Positions 44,850-54,775 of a stretch of DNA of 64,000 nt are shown piece after piece (the first letter of the stretch is position 1; the number at the start of each line of letters is the position of its first letter). The translations under genes and the position numbers were made by a program. A model generated the notes under the pieces. The model was not told the origin of the DNA. It ran no database searches and was given only the letters and a program-made list of their open reading frames with translations. The stretch is from Clostridiaceae bacterium (GTDB taxonomy: Bacteria > Bacillota > Clostridia > Acetivibrionales > DTU013). The stretch spans positions 664 to 64,663 of the forward strand of contig JAAYPO010000050.1 of the NCBI GenBank assembly GCA_012519745.1. The letters run 5' to 3'.

Positions 44850-45422
44850 TTAAAAGGAAGGGAGGAAGCCGTATATCACCATGCCGACAATCCCTGCGGC
44901 AAGCATGGCATATATCGGGTTCAGCTTGAATTTTCTCAGCAGGAACAGAGAGACCGCAAAAAGGCCTGCGGCAATAAAATCCAGATCGGACAGCCTGAAT
45001 GTGTAATCGTCACTGTCGAATAAAACCGTCAGCAGTATGGAATACCCGGCTGAAGCGATCAATGCAACAACTGCCGGCCTCAGTCCCTTTATGATTCCTT
45101 GTACCATGTCAAGGCCCTTGAACCTGTAATACAGCACAGCCAGTGTCAGCACAATGATGCAGGAGGGGGTGACACAGCCTGCTGTGGCAATGACAGCCCC
45201 CGGCAGACCTGCCACCTTTGTACCTACGAAGGTCGAAGCGTTGATGGCAATGGGGCCGGGAGTCATTTGAGAGATGGTCAGTATGTCCATAAATTCCGCC
45301 GGTGTCAGCCAGGAATTTATTTTCAGTACCTGCTCCTGGATGAGGGGAAGGGATGCATAGCCGCCTCCAAAGCTGAACAATCCAACAAGAAAGAAGCTCC
45401 AAAACAGCTGAAGATATATCAA
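44850..45422 (-). CDS. chrA: Chromate transporter family protein (second half-size ChrA)
   Basis: FSFGGGYASLPLIQ, LTISQMTPGPIAINASTFVG. Confidence 0.85.
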   Translation of the reverse strand: MIYLQLFWSFFLVGLFSFGGGYASLPLIQEQVLKINSWLTPAEFMDILTISQMTPGPIAINASTFVGTKVAGLPGAVIATAGCVTPSCIIVLTLAVLYYRFKGLDMVQGIIKGLRPAVVALIASAGYSILLTVLFDSDDYTFRLSDLDFIAAGLFAVSLFLLRKFKLNPIYAMLAAGIVGMVIYGFLPSF

Positions 45423-46066
45423 TCCGATCCCTCCTTTTTACCTGCGCTGCCACCTGTACCGCTGCCCTCGGCGCAGCTTTCGTCTTTGCCGGAGTCCGGG
45501 GAAGAACGGGCATCATGCTTTGAGCGGAGGGTGGTGTATGCTCCAAGGATCCCGCAAAACAACAGGATGATGACTATGTTGATCTTTAGAAGTACTGCCG
45601 CAATAAATGACAGTGCCATCACTATGATGGCTAACAGCCGCCTGTTTCTGATGATCCGGGCAGCCATTTCTATCACCACATCAACGATGACCGCTGCTAC
45701 GCCGGCCTGCATTCCCTTGAAAAGGGCTTTGACCAGATGGTTGTCTCTAAATGCGATATAGAAATAGGATATGATGGTGATGACTATCAGCGGAGGAAGA
45801 ACTGTCCCTGTAACGGTCAGCAAAGCACCCGGTATGCCGGCCATCCTGTATCCGACAAGGATGGATGTATTGATAGCGATAGGACCAGGCGCTGACTGCC
45901 CTATTGCCACGAGGTCCAGCATTTCATCTTCCTCGATCCACTTCAGTTCCTTGACAAAACGCTTCTGCATCAGCGGAACTATGACATAACCGCCGCCGAA
46001 GGTAAAGGCGCTTAATGTAAATGTTGAAGAAAACAGTCTCCAATAAAAGTGTCTGTCCTTTTTCAC
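45419..46066 (-). CDS. chrA: Chromate transporter family protein (first half-size ChrA)
   Basis: FTFGGGYVIVPLM, AIGQSAPGPIAINTSILVG. GTG at 46066 is preceded by GGGAGA, and the track ORF extends to 46123. 4-nt overlap with the downstream half. Confidence 0.82.
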   Translation of the reverse strand: MKKDRHFYWRLFSSTFTLSAFTFGGGYVIVPLMQKRFVKELKWIEEDEMLDLVAIGQSAPGPIAINTSILVGYRMAGIPGALLTVTGTVLPPLIVITIISYFYIAFRDNHLVKALFKGMQAGVAAVIVDVVIEMAARIIRNRRLLAIIVMALSFIAAVLLKINIVIILLFCGILGAYTTLRSKHDARSSPDSGKDESCAEGSGTGGSAGKKEGSD

Positions 46067-46184
46067 TGCGATTCTCCCATATGTATAACTGTATATAAGT
46101 AGTATAACGTTAACATAAGACAATTCATATAGGGATTTTCATAATATACGACAAACGGCAGAATATTCTGCCGTCCCGTTCATG

Positions 46185-46373
46185 CTATTCTACCTTTATT
46201 ACCGATGTAGGGCATCCTTCTTCGGCTTCCTTTGCGCTTTCCTCAGCACCTGCAGGTACTTCCTCCACATAGACCTCGGCAAGCCCGTCATCGGCCATTC
46301 GGAACACATCAGGGCAGGTAGTTACACAAAGCTCACAGGCAATACAGCCATCTCTGTCGATCGATGCTTTCAT
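46185..46373 (-). CDS. Small single-cluster ferredoxin
   Basis: 62 aa: DRDGCIACELCVTTCPDVF...EEGCPTSVIKVE. Confidence 0.85.
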   Translation of the reverse strand: MKASIDRDGCIACELCVTTCPDVFRMADDGLAEVYVEEVPAGAEESAKEAEEGCPTSVIKVE

Positions 46374-46596
46374 TTTATATTGCTCCCTTCTGCATATTGA
46401 TCAGCCTTATAATTGGATATTATCCCTCAAAGGCTGATTTAATATTTTTATTGCAATATGTTATAATTTCCAACATAACCGTCCCGTGAAACAAATAATT
46501 TGTTTTCGGCGTCTGAATATAACGAGGGTTGAAACGCGCAGAGGTGAGAGGCGGCGAGGGAGATGCCGATCAAATATCGAATCCGAAAGGACAGGC

Positions 46597-47676
46597 ATGA
46601 ATAAGAAGCTCACTGTTTTGATTATTATTTTTGCATTATTATTGGCCGCAGAGGTGATTTTTATCGGCTTTGGCGGATCCGGACAGCCTGGCGGAACTGA
46701 TGCGGCCCGCAGGGATGAGAGCGTGCCGGGTGATATCAGTGCGAGTACAGCGATGTCAGGGACTGCTTCCGGCGTGAGTGACACAGAGGATGCATCCGAC
46801 ACCGATGCTGTCAGCGAGGCTATAGCCGCTGCTGATGAAGCCGGGCTTGATAAAGCCGGCCGGGATAAAGCCGACCCGGATGTGGATACAGATGATGAGC
46901 GCCCGGTCGATGATTTAATATCGCTTATCAACGTGGACGGCACCACAGCAGCAGAAAGGATATCTCCACCGTCAGGCTTCGAAAGACCGCCCCTGGATGA
47001 GGGCTCCTTCGGTGAATACCTGCGGAACCTGGCACTAAAGCCCCATGGCTCCCGGGTCAAGTATTATGACGGCGCAACAAAGCCCTGGGATGTACATGTG
47101 GCGGTAGTGGACATGGATGTGGGCAAGAGAGATCTGCAGCAGTGCGCTGACGCTGTCATCAGACTCAGGGCTGAATACCTTTATGAGAATGGCAAGTACG
47201 ATGAGATACACTTCAACTTCACCAACGGATTCAATGCAAAATACAGTAAATGGATCCAGGGCTACAGGATCAGCGTAACGGGCAATAAAGCCGTATGGGT
47301 GGAGAAAGGCAGCAAAGGTACCGATTATGAGAGCTTCAGGAAATATCTCGACGTGGTTTTTACATACGCGGGGACCTTGTCCCTGTCACAGGAGATGAAA
47401 AAAATCGACCTTGAGGAGATGCAGCCGGGGGATGTGTTTTTAAAGGGCGGCTCTCCGGGCCATTGTGTGATAATAATCGACATGGCGGAGAACCCACAAA
47501 CAGGGGAGAAGGTATTTCTGACAGCCCAGAGCTATATGCCTGCCCAGGATATCCATATACTGAAGAATCCTGCAAACGAGGACGGCAACCCCTGGTACCC
47601 GGTGCAATTCGGTGATGAGCTCGTCACTCCGGAGTGGACATTCTCAAAGGATCAGTTATACAGGTTTGCCGAGTGA
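46597..47676 (+). CDS. Membrane-anchored DUF4846-like protein
   Basis: ATG at 46597 gives MNKKLTVLIIIFALLLAAEV, followed by an acidic linker. VGKRDLQQCADAVIRLRAEYLY and PGDVFLKGGSPGHCVIIIDM motifs recalled from DUF4846 (family assignment is from memory only). Confidence 0.6.
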   Translation: MNKKLTVLIIIFALLLAAEVIFIGFGGSGQPGGTDAARRDESVPGDISASTAMSGTASGVSDTEDASDTDAVSEAIAAADEAGLDKAGRDKADPDVDTDDERPVDDLISLINVDGTTAAERISPPSGFERPPLDEGSFGEYLRNLALKPHGSRVKYYDGATKPWDVHVAVVDMDVGKRDLQQCADAVIRLRAEYLYENGKYDEIHFNFTNGFNAKYSKWIQGYRISVTGNKAVWVEKGSKGTDYESFRKYLDVVFTYAGTLSLSQEMKKIDLEEMQPGDVFLKGGSPGHCVIIIDMAENPQTGEKVFLTAQSYMPAQDIHILKNPANEDGNPWYPVQFGDELVTPEWTFSKDQLYRFAE

Positions 47677-47703
47677 TACTGCCGGAGACAGAAAGCCCGG
47701 ATG

Positions 47704-48660
47704 TCATTTCAGCCTGTTTCTGGGAGAGGCTCCGAATAATTTTTTATAGGCTCTGACAAAATTTGAATAATCGTTGAAGCCGCATTGCTCAGAGGCCTGC
47801 ATTGCAGGAACACCGCTTTTTATCAGCGTGTCCGCCTTGATCAGCCTTTTTTGCCGGATATAGCTGTGGACCGAATATCCTGTGAACTGTTTGAATTTGT
47901 GCATCAGATGATACCTGCTCATATAAAACCTTGCAGCCAGCAAGTCTATCGTCAGATCTTCCTGCAGATTTGCGTTGATATAGTCCAGTATATTCCTAAT
48001 ATATATGTCAGTGCTGATATCCTTGATATCACAGCTTCCTCCGCCTTTTATCAACTCCCTTGTCAGCACTATCATCAACTGGAGCAGGATGGCGTTCTTG
48101 AGCAGCACAGAGCCGAATTCCATGCTTTTACAGGCTTCCTCCAGCCTGCTGCAAAGTACCCGTGCATATCCCATTGTTTTACCGTCGAGCCGCAGCAGGT
48201 TGTTTTTCGCACTTGTCAGATCAAAGCATGTGAAAAGGTCACAGTCTCTGCTATGGCTTGATAAAAATCCAGGATCCACCCATATTACAATGCGCTCGTA
48301 TATGACGGAGGGGTCGATGACGGGCTTGTGCAGCTCGCTGCTGCTGACGAACAGGATATCCCAGGGCCTTAGTCTGTATGCATTGCCTTCTATCAGGTAT
48401 GTGACGTTTCCGGAAATAAACACGATTATTTTATTGAAATCATGATAATGATATTCGAATTGGATGTTTTTCATGTCACTGAGATGAAAGAGCGCGAAAT
48501 CGCCCTTCAGATATCCTCTCTTGGCATCCACCGATAAGTCAGTCTCCACAGCTATCACTCCACACGGGATTACTTGCTCTATCCGCACGATATGCAAACT
48601 ACAGAGCATTTTGTGCCATTTATACAGTAAAAAATCTGAATAATATATACCAGAAGCCAA
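47704..48660 (-). CDS. AraC-family transcriptional regulator (cupin sensor + HTH)
   Basis: KRGYLKGDFALFHLSD...HYHDFNKI cupin part, and a C-terminal AraC HTH (ARFYMSRYHLMHKFKQFTGYSVHSYIRQKRL...GFNDYSNFVRAYKKLFG). The true start is probably internal: GTG ~48549 (8 nt after GGAG) or ATG 48609. Confidence 0.85.
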   Translation of the reverse strand: MASGIYYSDFLLYKWHKMLCSLHIVRIEQVIPCGVIAVETDLSVDAKRGYLKGDFALFHLSDMKNIQFEYHYHDFNKIIVFISGNVTYLIEGNAYRLRPWDILFVSSSELHKPVIDPSVIYERIVIWVDPGFLSSHSRDCDLFTCFDLTSAKNNLLRLDGKTMGYARVLCSRLEEACKSMEFGSVLLKNAILLQLMIVLTRELIKGGGSCDIKDISTDIYIRNILDYINANLQEDLTIDLLAARFYMSRYHLMHKFKQFTGYSVHSYIRQKRLIKADTLIKSGVPAMQASEQCGFNDYSNFVRAYKKLFGASPRNRLK

Positions 48661-48734
48661 TATACCGGACTAATGCTTGAACTACAAATAGTTCCGATTA
48701 TGTAAACAGCCGAGATCAGGGAGAAGGTGCATCT

Positions 48735-49694
48735 ATGAGCTTTATAAAAGAAAACAATGCTGCCGGCTATATATTGCTCAATGCCTTGATGTGGGGCTCG
48801 TCATATATATGGTCGAAGCTTCTTATCGGCTATCTGCCATTCTATACGATCCTGTTCCTTTACTCTTTTGGCGGACTTCTTTTTTTGACCGTACTGTTTT
48901 TTGGCAGGTTGAGAAAAATGAATAAAAAGACTGTACTGACGAGTATGGGAATCAGCCTTTTTTCCGTACTCAGCAATATTTCGTGCATGATGGCTCTGGG
49001 CAGTACCAGCAGTTCAAATACCGCATTTATCGTACAGATGTCAGTGGTGCTGACGCCAATGATCATGGCGTTTGCACAAAGAAAGCTTCCTTCGCTGCGT
49101 TCAGTGATAAGCGCACTGACAGCAGTTCCGGGACTGCTTTTGTTAACAGTTGACTTCAGCAGCTTCAGGCTGGATCCCGGTGATTTGTTCGCGCTTGCCA
49201 ATGCTTTGTTCTTCTCATTATACCTTGCCTCACAGAAGTTGTTTGCATCAAAGACCGACCCAGCTCAATTTTCATTTATACAGCATGTCACAAGCACGGT
49301 CATATTTCTTGGTATGGCTGTGATCTTTGACAGAAATCAGACAGGTTTGGCCAATATGGATGCAACAGCCTATTTTGTGCTGGTGTTGAGCATACTCATA
49401 TCGGTCACGACGATCCTTATCCAGTCCAGTGCTCTGAAATTTGTCAAGCCGGAAAGGGCGACGGTCATATATACCCTGGAGCCTGTCACTACAACAGTAC
49501 TTGCATACTTTGTCATAGGTGAAGGTGTTGGCGGCATTTCTGCAATAGCCGGGTGTATGCTTATAATTGCAGCCGTTGTAATAACTGTTCCATTCAGATC
49601 GATGGGCAAAATGAGAGGTTTGCGGCAGAGCATAGCCGGCAGGAGTAAAGGGCAGCACTCGCCGCTGAAAAAAGAACAGTACACAACCGGCTGA
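48735..49694 (+). CDS. DMT-superfamily (EamA) transporter
   Basis: 10 predicted TM segments in two EamA-like halves. Confidence 0.8.
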   Translation: MSFIKENNAAGYILLNALMWGSSYIWSKLLIGYLPFYTILFLYSFGGLLFLTVLFFGRLRKMNKKTVLTSMGISLFSVLSNISCMMALGSTSSSNTAFIVQMSVVLTPMIMAFAQRKLPSLRSVISALTAVPGLLLLTVDFSSFRLDPGDLFALANALFFSLYLASQKLFASKTDPAQFSFIQHVTSTVIFLGMAVIFDRNQTGLANMDATAYFVLVLSILISVTTILIQSSALKFVKPERATVIYTLEPVTTTVLAYFVIGEGVGGISAIAGCMLIIAAVVITVPFRSMGKMRGLRQSIAGRSKGQHSPLKKEQYTTG

Positions 49695-49825
49695 AAAAAA
49701 GGTAAAATGTATCCGGGGATATTGTAAAGCAGCTATAATGTGATATTTTCATTTTTCCCCATTACTTGCAAATTTGAGCGAGGCGCACAATTAAACAATC
49801 ATCAAAGTGATCGAAGGGGGAAAAT

Positions 49826-50581
49826 ATGACCAAATTCATATCATGGAATGTAAATGGGATCAGAGCCTGCCTGACCAAAGGCTTCATGGATTTCTTCCGG
49901 GCTGTGGATGCCGATGTGTTCTGCCTGCAGGAGACAAAGGTATCACAAGGACAGCTGCAGCTTGAGCTGGAGGGGTATTATCAGTTTTGGAACTATGCAC
50001 AGCAGAAGGGCTATTCCGGCACAGCTGTTTTCACAAAGACCGAGCCGGTGAGTGTCGCATATGGCATCGATATCGATGAGCATGATAATGAGGGCAGGGT
50101 AATTACAGTGGAATACGAAGGCTACTATCTTGTAACGGTATATACTCCGAATTCGCAAAGGGAATTGGCCCGTCTGCCGTACAGAATGGAATGGGAGGAT
50201 GCCTTCAGGAGCTATCTTAAAAAGCTTGAAGACAGCAAGCCCGTAGTCCTTTGCGGGGATCTGAACGTGGCGCATATGGACATAGATATAAAAAATCCGA
50301 AATCCAACAGAAGAAACGCCGGTTTCACCGACGAGGAGCGCGGAAAGTTCACAGAACTGCTGGATGCCGGCTTTATCGACACCTTTAGGCATTTTTATCC
50401 TGACAAGGAAAATGCGTATACCTGGTGGTCTTACATGTTCAATGCCCGTCAAAACAATGTTGGCTGGCGGATAGACTATTTCTGTGTATCGGAGGCCTTG
50501 AAGGATCGTCTTGAAGGAGCTGCCATCCATGCTGACATAATGGGCTCGGATCATTGTCCTGTGGAATTGTGCCTTAAATGA
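49826..50581 (+). CDS. xth: Exodeoxyribonuclease III (AP endonuclease)
   Basis: [45 protein letters not shown]. Confidence 0.93.
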   Translation: MTKFISWNVNGIRACLTKGFMDFFRAVDADVFCLQETKVSQGQLQLELEGYYQFWNYAQQKGYSGTAVFTKTEPVSVAYGIDIDEHDNEGRVITVEYEGYYLVTVYTPNSQRELARLPYRMEWEDAFRSYLKKLEDSKPVVLCGDLNVAHMDIDIKNPKSNRRNAGFTDEERGKFTELLDAGFIDTFRHFYPDKENAYTWWSYMFNARQNNVGWRIDYFCVSEALKDRLEGAAIHADIMGSDHCPVELCLK

Positions 50582-50727
50582 ATTAAAAAAGGACCTGATA
50601 ATCAAGACAGCGGCCATAACGATGAAAAGTCCGGTCCCGGTGATCAAAAGACCAACCCGCAATGATTTAAAGACCGACCCCGATGATGAAAGGTCCGGCC
50701 CGGTGATCTGGAGACCGTCACCTACGA

Positions 50728-53115
50728 TCACCTCCAGAAGTCATTGAGGACATCTGTGAGGCTGCAGCCGTCGGAGGCTCTGGCTATAGGGCTCCATTCC
50801 GGCGGGAGCAGTTCGCGGTAGATGTGGTAGGAGAAGCGTTCATCGAGCAGTATCACTACGCCCATATCCTCTTCAGTGCGGATAACGCGGCCTGCAGCCT
50901 GCAGTACACGGTTGATGCCCGGATAGGTATAGGCATATTCGAAGCCGTTTCCGGCTTGCTCGTCAAAGTGCCTGCGGATTATGTTCCTCTCATTGCATAT
51001 CTGTGGAAGGCCGACGCCCACAATGATCGCGCCTGACAGCCGGTCTCCCGTAAGGTCTATGCCTTCTCCGAAAACGCCTCCCATTACTGCGAACCCTGCC
51101 AGACTCGATTCACCTGTGTTTTCAAACTCAAGCAGGAACTCCTGCCTCGCAGCCTCCGACATGCCCGGTGTCTGGTACAGTGTACGGATGCCGTGGCTTA
51201 TCCCCATGAATCTGTAATAGACCTCATTTAGATATTCGAAGGAAGGAAAGAATACCATATAGTTGCCGGGTCTTGCTGTGACCGTATCAAGCACTGCTTT
51301 GGCAATTTTGTCATAAGAGAACTGCCTTGTTTTGTACTTTGTCGATATGGAATCATCAACATATACGCACAGGTTCTCCTTTGGAAATGGAGATGGTATT
51401 GTCAGAGACCGTGCATCACCGCCGCTGAGCATCCCAATGAAGTATTCCATGGGAGAGAGGGTGGCAGAGAACAATATTGATGCCCTTCCCTTGTCCATTA
51501 CATCCCTCAGCAGCTTTGAGGGGTCTATGCAAAACAGCTTGATCCTGAAATCCGCCGATGATTTGTCAAAGCATGTGACGTATTTATCGTCATAAAGCTC
51601 GGTGATCTTCATGAAATGGAGGCTGTCATAATAGACTTCCAGCAGCGTGTCCATGAAGGAAACCGGCGGATTGCGGGACAGCCAGCTTTCCATTATGCCT
51701 GTGAAGCCTTCCAGCAGCCTGTGCAGTTCGTCGGGCCGTTTTCTTCTTACACGGTAAAACCCCTTCCCGTGGTCATCATCCTCTTCCACCATTGATTTTG
51801 ACGTATCGAGAAAATACCTGTATATCCTGTCCAGAGAATCATAGATTTCCGGCAGCTCATCCTTTGCAGCCTTTTTCAGCCTGAAAAATGCCCTTTTCGA
51901 GAGCTCTGCCGAATACATGTCCCTTGCCCTGTCCACCAGGTTGTGGGCTTCATCCACAAGGAAGCAGTAGTCGCCCCGCCTTGTGAAGTATCTTTTCAGA
52001 TACACCCTGGGGTCAAAGAGGTAATTGTAATCACAGATAATGACATCGTATAAAAGGGACAGGTCAAGTGACAGCTCAAAGGGGCACAGTTTGTATTTTC
52101 GAGCATAATGCTCGATAGTCGGCCTGTCCAGTGTGTCCTCCTCCAATGTGTCTGCCATCGCCTTTTTGATCTTGCCGTAATAGTTCGTGGTGTATTCGCA
52201 GTTTTCGGTATTGCAGATCTGCTCCTGACAAAAGCATATCTTTTCTTTTGCTGTTAGTGTTATGGATTTGATACTAAGACCCTTTTGCCTCATATCGGCC
52301 AGGGATTTTTCAGCCAGGCTTCTGGTGGTGGTTTTTGCGGTAAGATAAAATATTTTTGATATCAGGCCATCGCCCATGGCCTTTACCGAGGGATACAGTG
52401 AGGCAATGGTCTTGCCTGTGCCTGTGGGCGCCTGGGCAAACAGCAGTTCATTGTTTTCTATGGTGTCATATACATTTTCCATAAACTCCAGCTGGCCCTG
52501 ACGGTATGATGCATATGGAAAGTCTAGCCCGCTGATGGAGCTGTCCCTTGAGATGCTCCACCCGTTGACGGTTTCCTGCCATGCCAGGTAGTCATTGGCC
52601 AGAGGCATGAAAAAATCTTCAAGGGTATCGAAGCTGTACAGATCAATAAAGGATTTATCCCGTTTCTCATCCAGCTGGAAATAGGTCAGACGCACTGCTA
52701 TGTAGTCAAGCCCGTTCCTTTTAGCCAGCATGAAGGCATAGCATTTGGCCTGTGCCCAGTGCAGAGGATTGTACTCGTGCTCTATGAGATCGAGAGGGAG
52801 TGTGGTGGTTTTGATCTCGTGTATAGTCGTACCGGAAGCATCCGTAAGCAGGCCGTCTATCCTGCCGCTTACCTCAAGCAGCAGTTTGGAGCCCTCCAAT
52901 TGGAAAGTGATCGGCACTTCGGCATCATAAGTCTCGCTGTCTGAAAGCTCTTCTTTTACCAGCTTCCTGACGGCAGTGTGGCCCCTGGTGCCCTCTGCTG
53001 CTCTTGACGGTGAATACCCGCCTGCAGTTAGGTCTCCTGACTGGAGTGAATATTCGACAAGCTCCTGCACCGATACATAGATCTTTTTTTTACTCTGCAT
53101 GTCTGCGCCCTTCAT
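50728..53115 (-). CDS. DinG/Rad3-family (XPD-like) DNA helicase with an N-terminal PD-(D/E)XK RecB/Cas4-like nuclease domain
   Basis: Helicase: AQAPTGTGKT, DEAHNL, a Cys cluster CFCQEQICNTENCEY (Fe-S-like), GVFGEGID, QAAGRVIR. N-terminal ~190 aa: GRIDGL...IHEIKTT...HWAQAKCY (D, ExK, QxxxY). Confidence 0.8.
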   Translation of the reverse strand: MKGADMQSKKKIYVSVQELVEYSLQSGDLTAGGYSPSRAAEGTRGHTAVRKLVKEELSDSETYDAEVPITFQLEGSKLLLEVSGRIDGLLTDASGTTIHEIKTTTLPLDLIEHEYNPLHWAQAKCYAFMLAKRNGLDYIAVRLTYFQLDEKRDKSFIDLYSFDTLEDFFMPLANDYLAWQETVNGWSISRDSSISGLDFPYASYRQGQLEFMENVYDTIENNELLFAQAPTGTGKTIASLYPSVKAMGDGLISKIFYLTAKTTTRSLAEKSLADMRQKGLSIKSITLTAKEKICFCQEQICNTENCEYTTNYYGKIKKAMADTLEEDTLDRPTIEHYARKYKLCPFELSLDLSLLYDVIICDYNYLFDPRVYLKRYFTRRGDYCFLVDEAHNLVDRARDMYSAELSKRAFFRLKKAAKDELPEIYDSLDRIYRYFLDTSKSMVEEDDDHGKGFYRVRRKRPDELHRLLEGFTGIMESWLSRNPPVSFMDTLLEVYYDSLHFMKITELYDDKYVTCFDKSSADFRIKLFCIDPSKLLRDVMDKGRASILFSATLSPMEYFIGMLSGGDARSLTIPSPFPKENLCVYVDDSISTKYKTRQFSYDKIAKAVLDTVTARPGNYMVFFPSFEYLNEVYYRFMGISHGIRTLYQTPGMSEAARQEFLLEFENTGESSLAGFAVMGGVFGEGIDLTGDRLSGAIIVGVGLPQICNERNIIRRHFDEQAGNGFEYAYTYPGINRVLQAAGRVIRTEEDMGVVILLDERFSYHIYRELLPPEWSPIARASDGCSLTDVLNDFWR

Positions 53116-53247
53116 GTTTTACTGAACCGTTTTGCTGCCCTTTGACTGCGGGGACAGGGATATATTTTGCCACGTTATACAAACCGGCATTTTCTAGTAT
53201 AATATAGTTATCAGTTAATGAAAAGGCAAACAAGGAGAGATTACATA

Positions 53248-53868
53248 GTGGATATCAACAAGTCAAGATACGAACTCACAGCTGTGAAGCCCGACCAGTA
53301 CCCTGTTGTGGAAATGCCTGAGATAGCGCTTGTAGGCAGGTCCAATGTGGGAAAGTCATCCATCATCAATACGCTGCTGAACAGAAGAGGGCTTGCAAGA
53401 GTTTCCTCTGAGCCGGGAAAGACGAGAGGCATCAATTTTTACAATATCGACGATACCTTGTATTTTGTCGATTTGCCGGGTTATGGCTTTGCAAAGGTTT
53501 CAAAGGCAGAGAAGGCCGCCTGGGGAAGGATGATCGAAACCTACCTGAACAAACGAAAGCAGCTGAAAATGGTACTGATGCTGGTGGATATCAGACATCA
53601 GCCCACGGCGGATGACAGGATGATGTACAATTGGATCGTGGAAATGGGCCTGGCACATATGGTCATTGCAACCAAAGCGGACAAGATAACCCGCGGCCGG
53701 ATACAGGGCAGATTGTCCGAGATCAGAAAGACTCTGGACATCAGGCCGGGAGCAGAGCTCATCGCATATTCATCTGAGACCAGGCAGGGCAGGGACCAGG
53801 TGTGGAAGGAGATCGAGGGGGCCATCATCCAACAGGCAGTGATCGCTCCGCCTGCAGCCGATCTATGA
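53248..53868 (+). CDS. engB: Ribosome-biogenesis GTPase EngB/YsxC
   Basis: GRSNVGKSSIIN (G1), DLPGYG (G3), TKADK (G4). GTG at 53248 lies 9 nt after AAGGAGAG. Confidence 0.9.
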   Translation: MDINKSRYELTAVKPDQYPVVEMPEIALVGRSNVGKSSIINTLLNRRGLARVSSEPGKTRGINFYNIDDTLYFVDLPGYGFAKVSKAEKAAWGRMIETYLNKRKQLKMVLMLVDIRHQPTADDRMMYNWIVEMGLAHMVIATKADKITRGRIQGRLSEIRKTLDIRPGAELIAYSSETRQGRDQVWKEIEGAIIQQAVIAPPAADL

Positions 53869-53882
53869 ATGAGGAACGGAAC

Positions 53883-54386
53883 ATGAGAATATATTCCTTT
53901 GCCCCGATAGTTGATGCAAACTGCAGGGTGCTTATCCTTGGCACGATGCCGGGAGTGATGTCTCTAAAAAAGCAGCAATATTACGGATTTGAACGAAATG
54001 CGTTCTGGAGGATCATTTATGATCTGTTTGACTCAGAACCGGACGAGGATTACGGTTTGCGCAAGGAATTCCTGCTAAGACACGGAATTGCCTTGTGGGA
54101 TGTACTCAAGGCATGTGAGCGGGAGGGCAGCAGCGACAGTGAAATAAGAGAACCAGAGCCCAATGATTTCGGAAGCCTCTATCAGAAGTATCCGGGGATA
54201 AGGGCTGTGTGCTTCAACGGGGGTCCTGCCGCCAGGTTTTACCAGCGATATGTTGTGAAGAAGGGAGTAGCGGGGAACCTGGACTTTTACCACCTTCCGT
54301 CAACCAGCCCGGCGTATACGCTGCCCTTCGAAAAAAAGCTGGAGCAGTGGCAGTTGGTACGAAAGCTGATAGACACATCAATATAG
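53883..54386 (+). CDS. DNA-deoxyinosine (hypoxanthine) glycosylase, UDG superfamily
   Basis: MRIYSFAPIVDANCRVLILGTMPGVMSLKKQQYYGFERNAFWRI...LPSTSPAY. ATG follows GAGGA. Confidence 0.75.
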   Translation: MRIYSFAPIVDANCRVLILGTMPGVMSLKKQQYYGFERNAFWRIIYDLFDSEPDEDYGLRKEFLLRHGIALWDVLKACEREGSSDSEIREPEPNDFGSLYQKYPGIRAVCFNGGPAARFYQRYVVKKGVAGNLDFYHLPSTSPAYTLPFEKKLEQWQLVRKLIDTSI

Positions 54387-54478
54387 ACGATTCTACAGAG
54401 CATAGACCCAAATTCTAGTATAGTTGTTCTTCGATATGTTGGATGGACCAAATGAGAGGACGGAGTCTTCGGCCTGGG

Positions 54479-54775
54479 TGGATGTATTTCAAGTAGGAGC
54501 AACTACACCTCAGCCAACATGGATGAAATTAAAGTAAGGGCACTACACCTTAGTCCAAACGGATGAATTTTCAAGTAAGGGCAGAATCAATAAATATTTT
54601 ATTGTAATTATTCCATATTGAGATGACATAATTCTCGATATTCATCATTATGTCACCATATAGCAGCAAACCAGCAGCCCTTACTTGAAAAATCATCCAC
54701 TTGGATGCAAACCAGCAGCCCTTACTTGAAAAATCATCCACTTGGACGTAAATCAGCATCCCTTACTTGAAAAAT
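54479..54775. repeat. Dyad-symmetric repeat block: three ~41-bp units forward, a ~75-bp AT-rich core, three units in reverse orientation
   Basis: Left arm GGATGAATTTTCAAGTAAGGGC (x3, degenerate). Right arm GCAAACCAGCAGCCCTTACTTGAAAAATCATCCACTTGGAT occurs as two near-identical copies (54665-54746) plus one degenerate copy. Confidence 0.85.

Noticed and set aside
54665-54746. DnaA boxes or a chromosomal oriC in the dyad repeat block
   Set aside because: TCATCCACT matches the TTATCCACA box at only 7 of 9 positions and occurs only twice. The left-arm versions are poorer. No dnaA, dnaN or other origin-linked genes are nearby.
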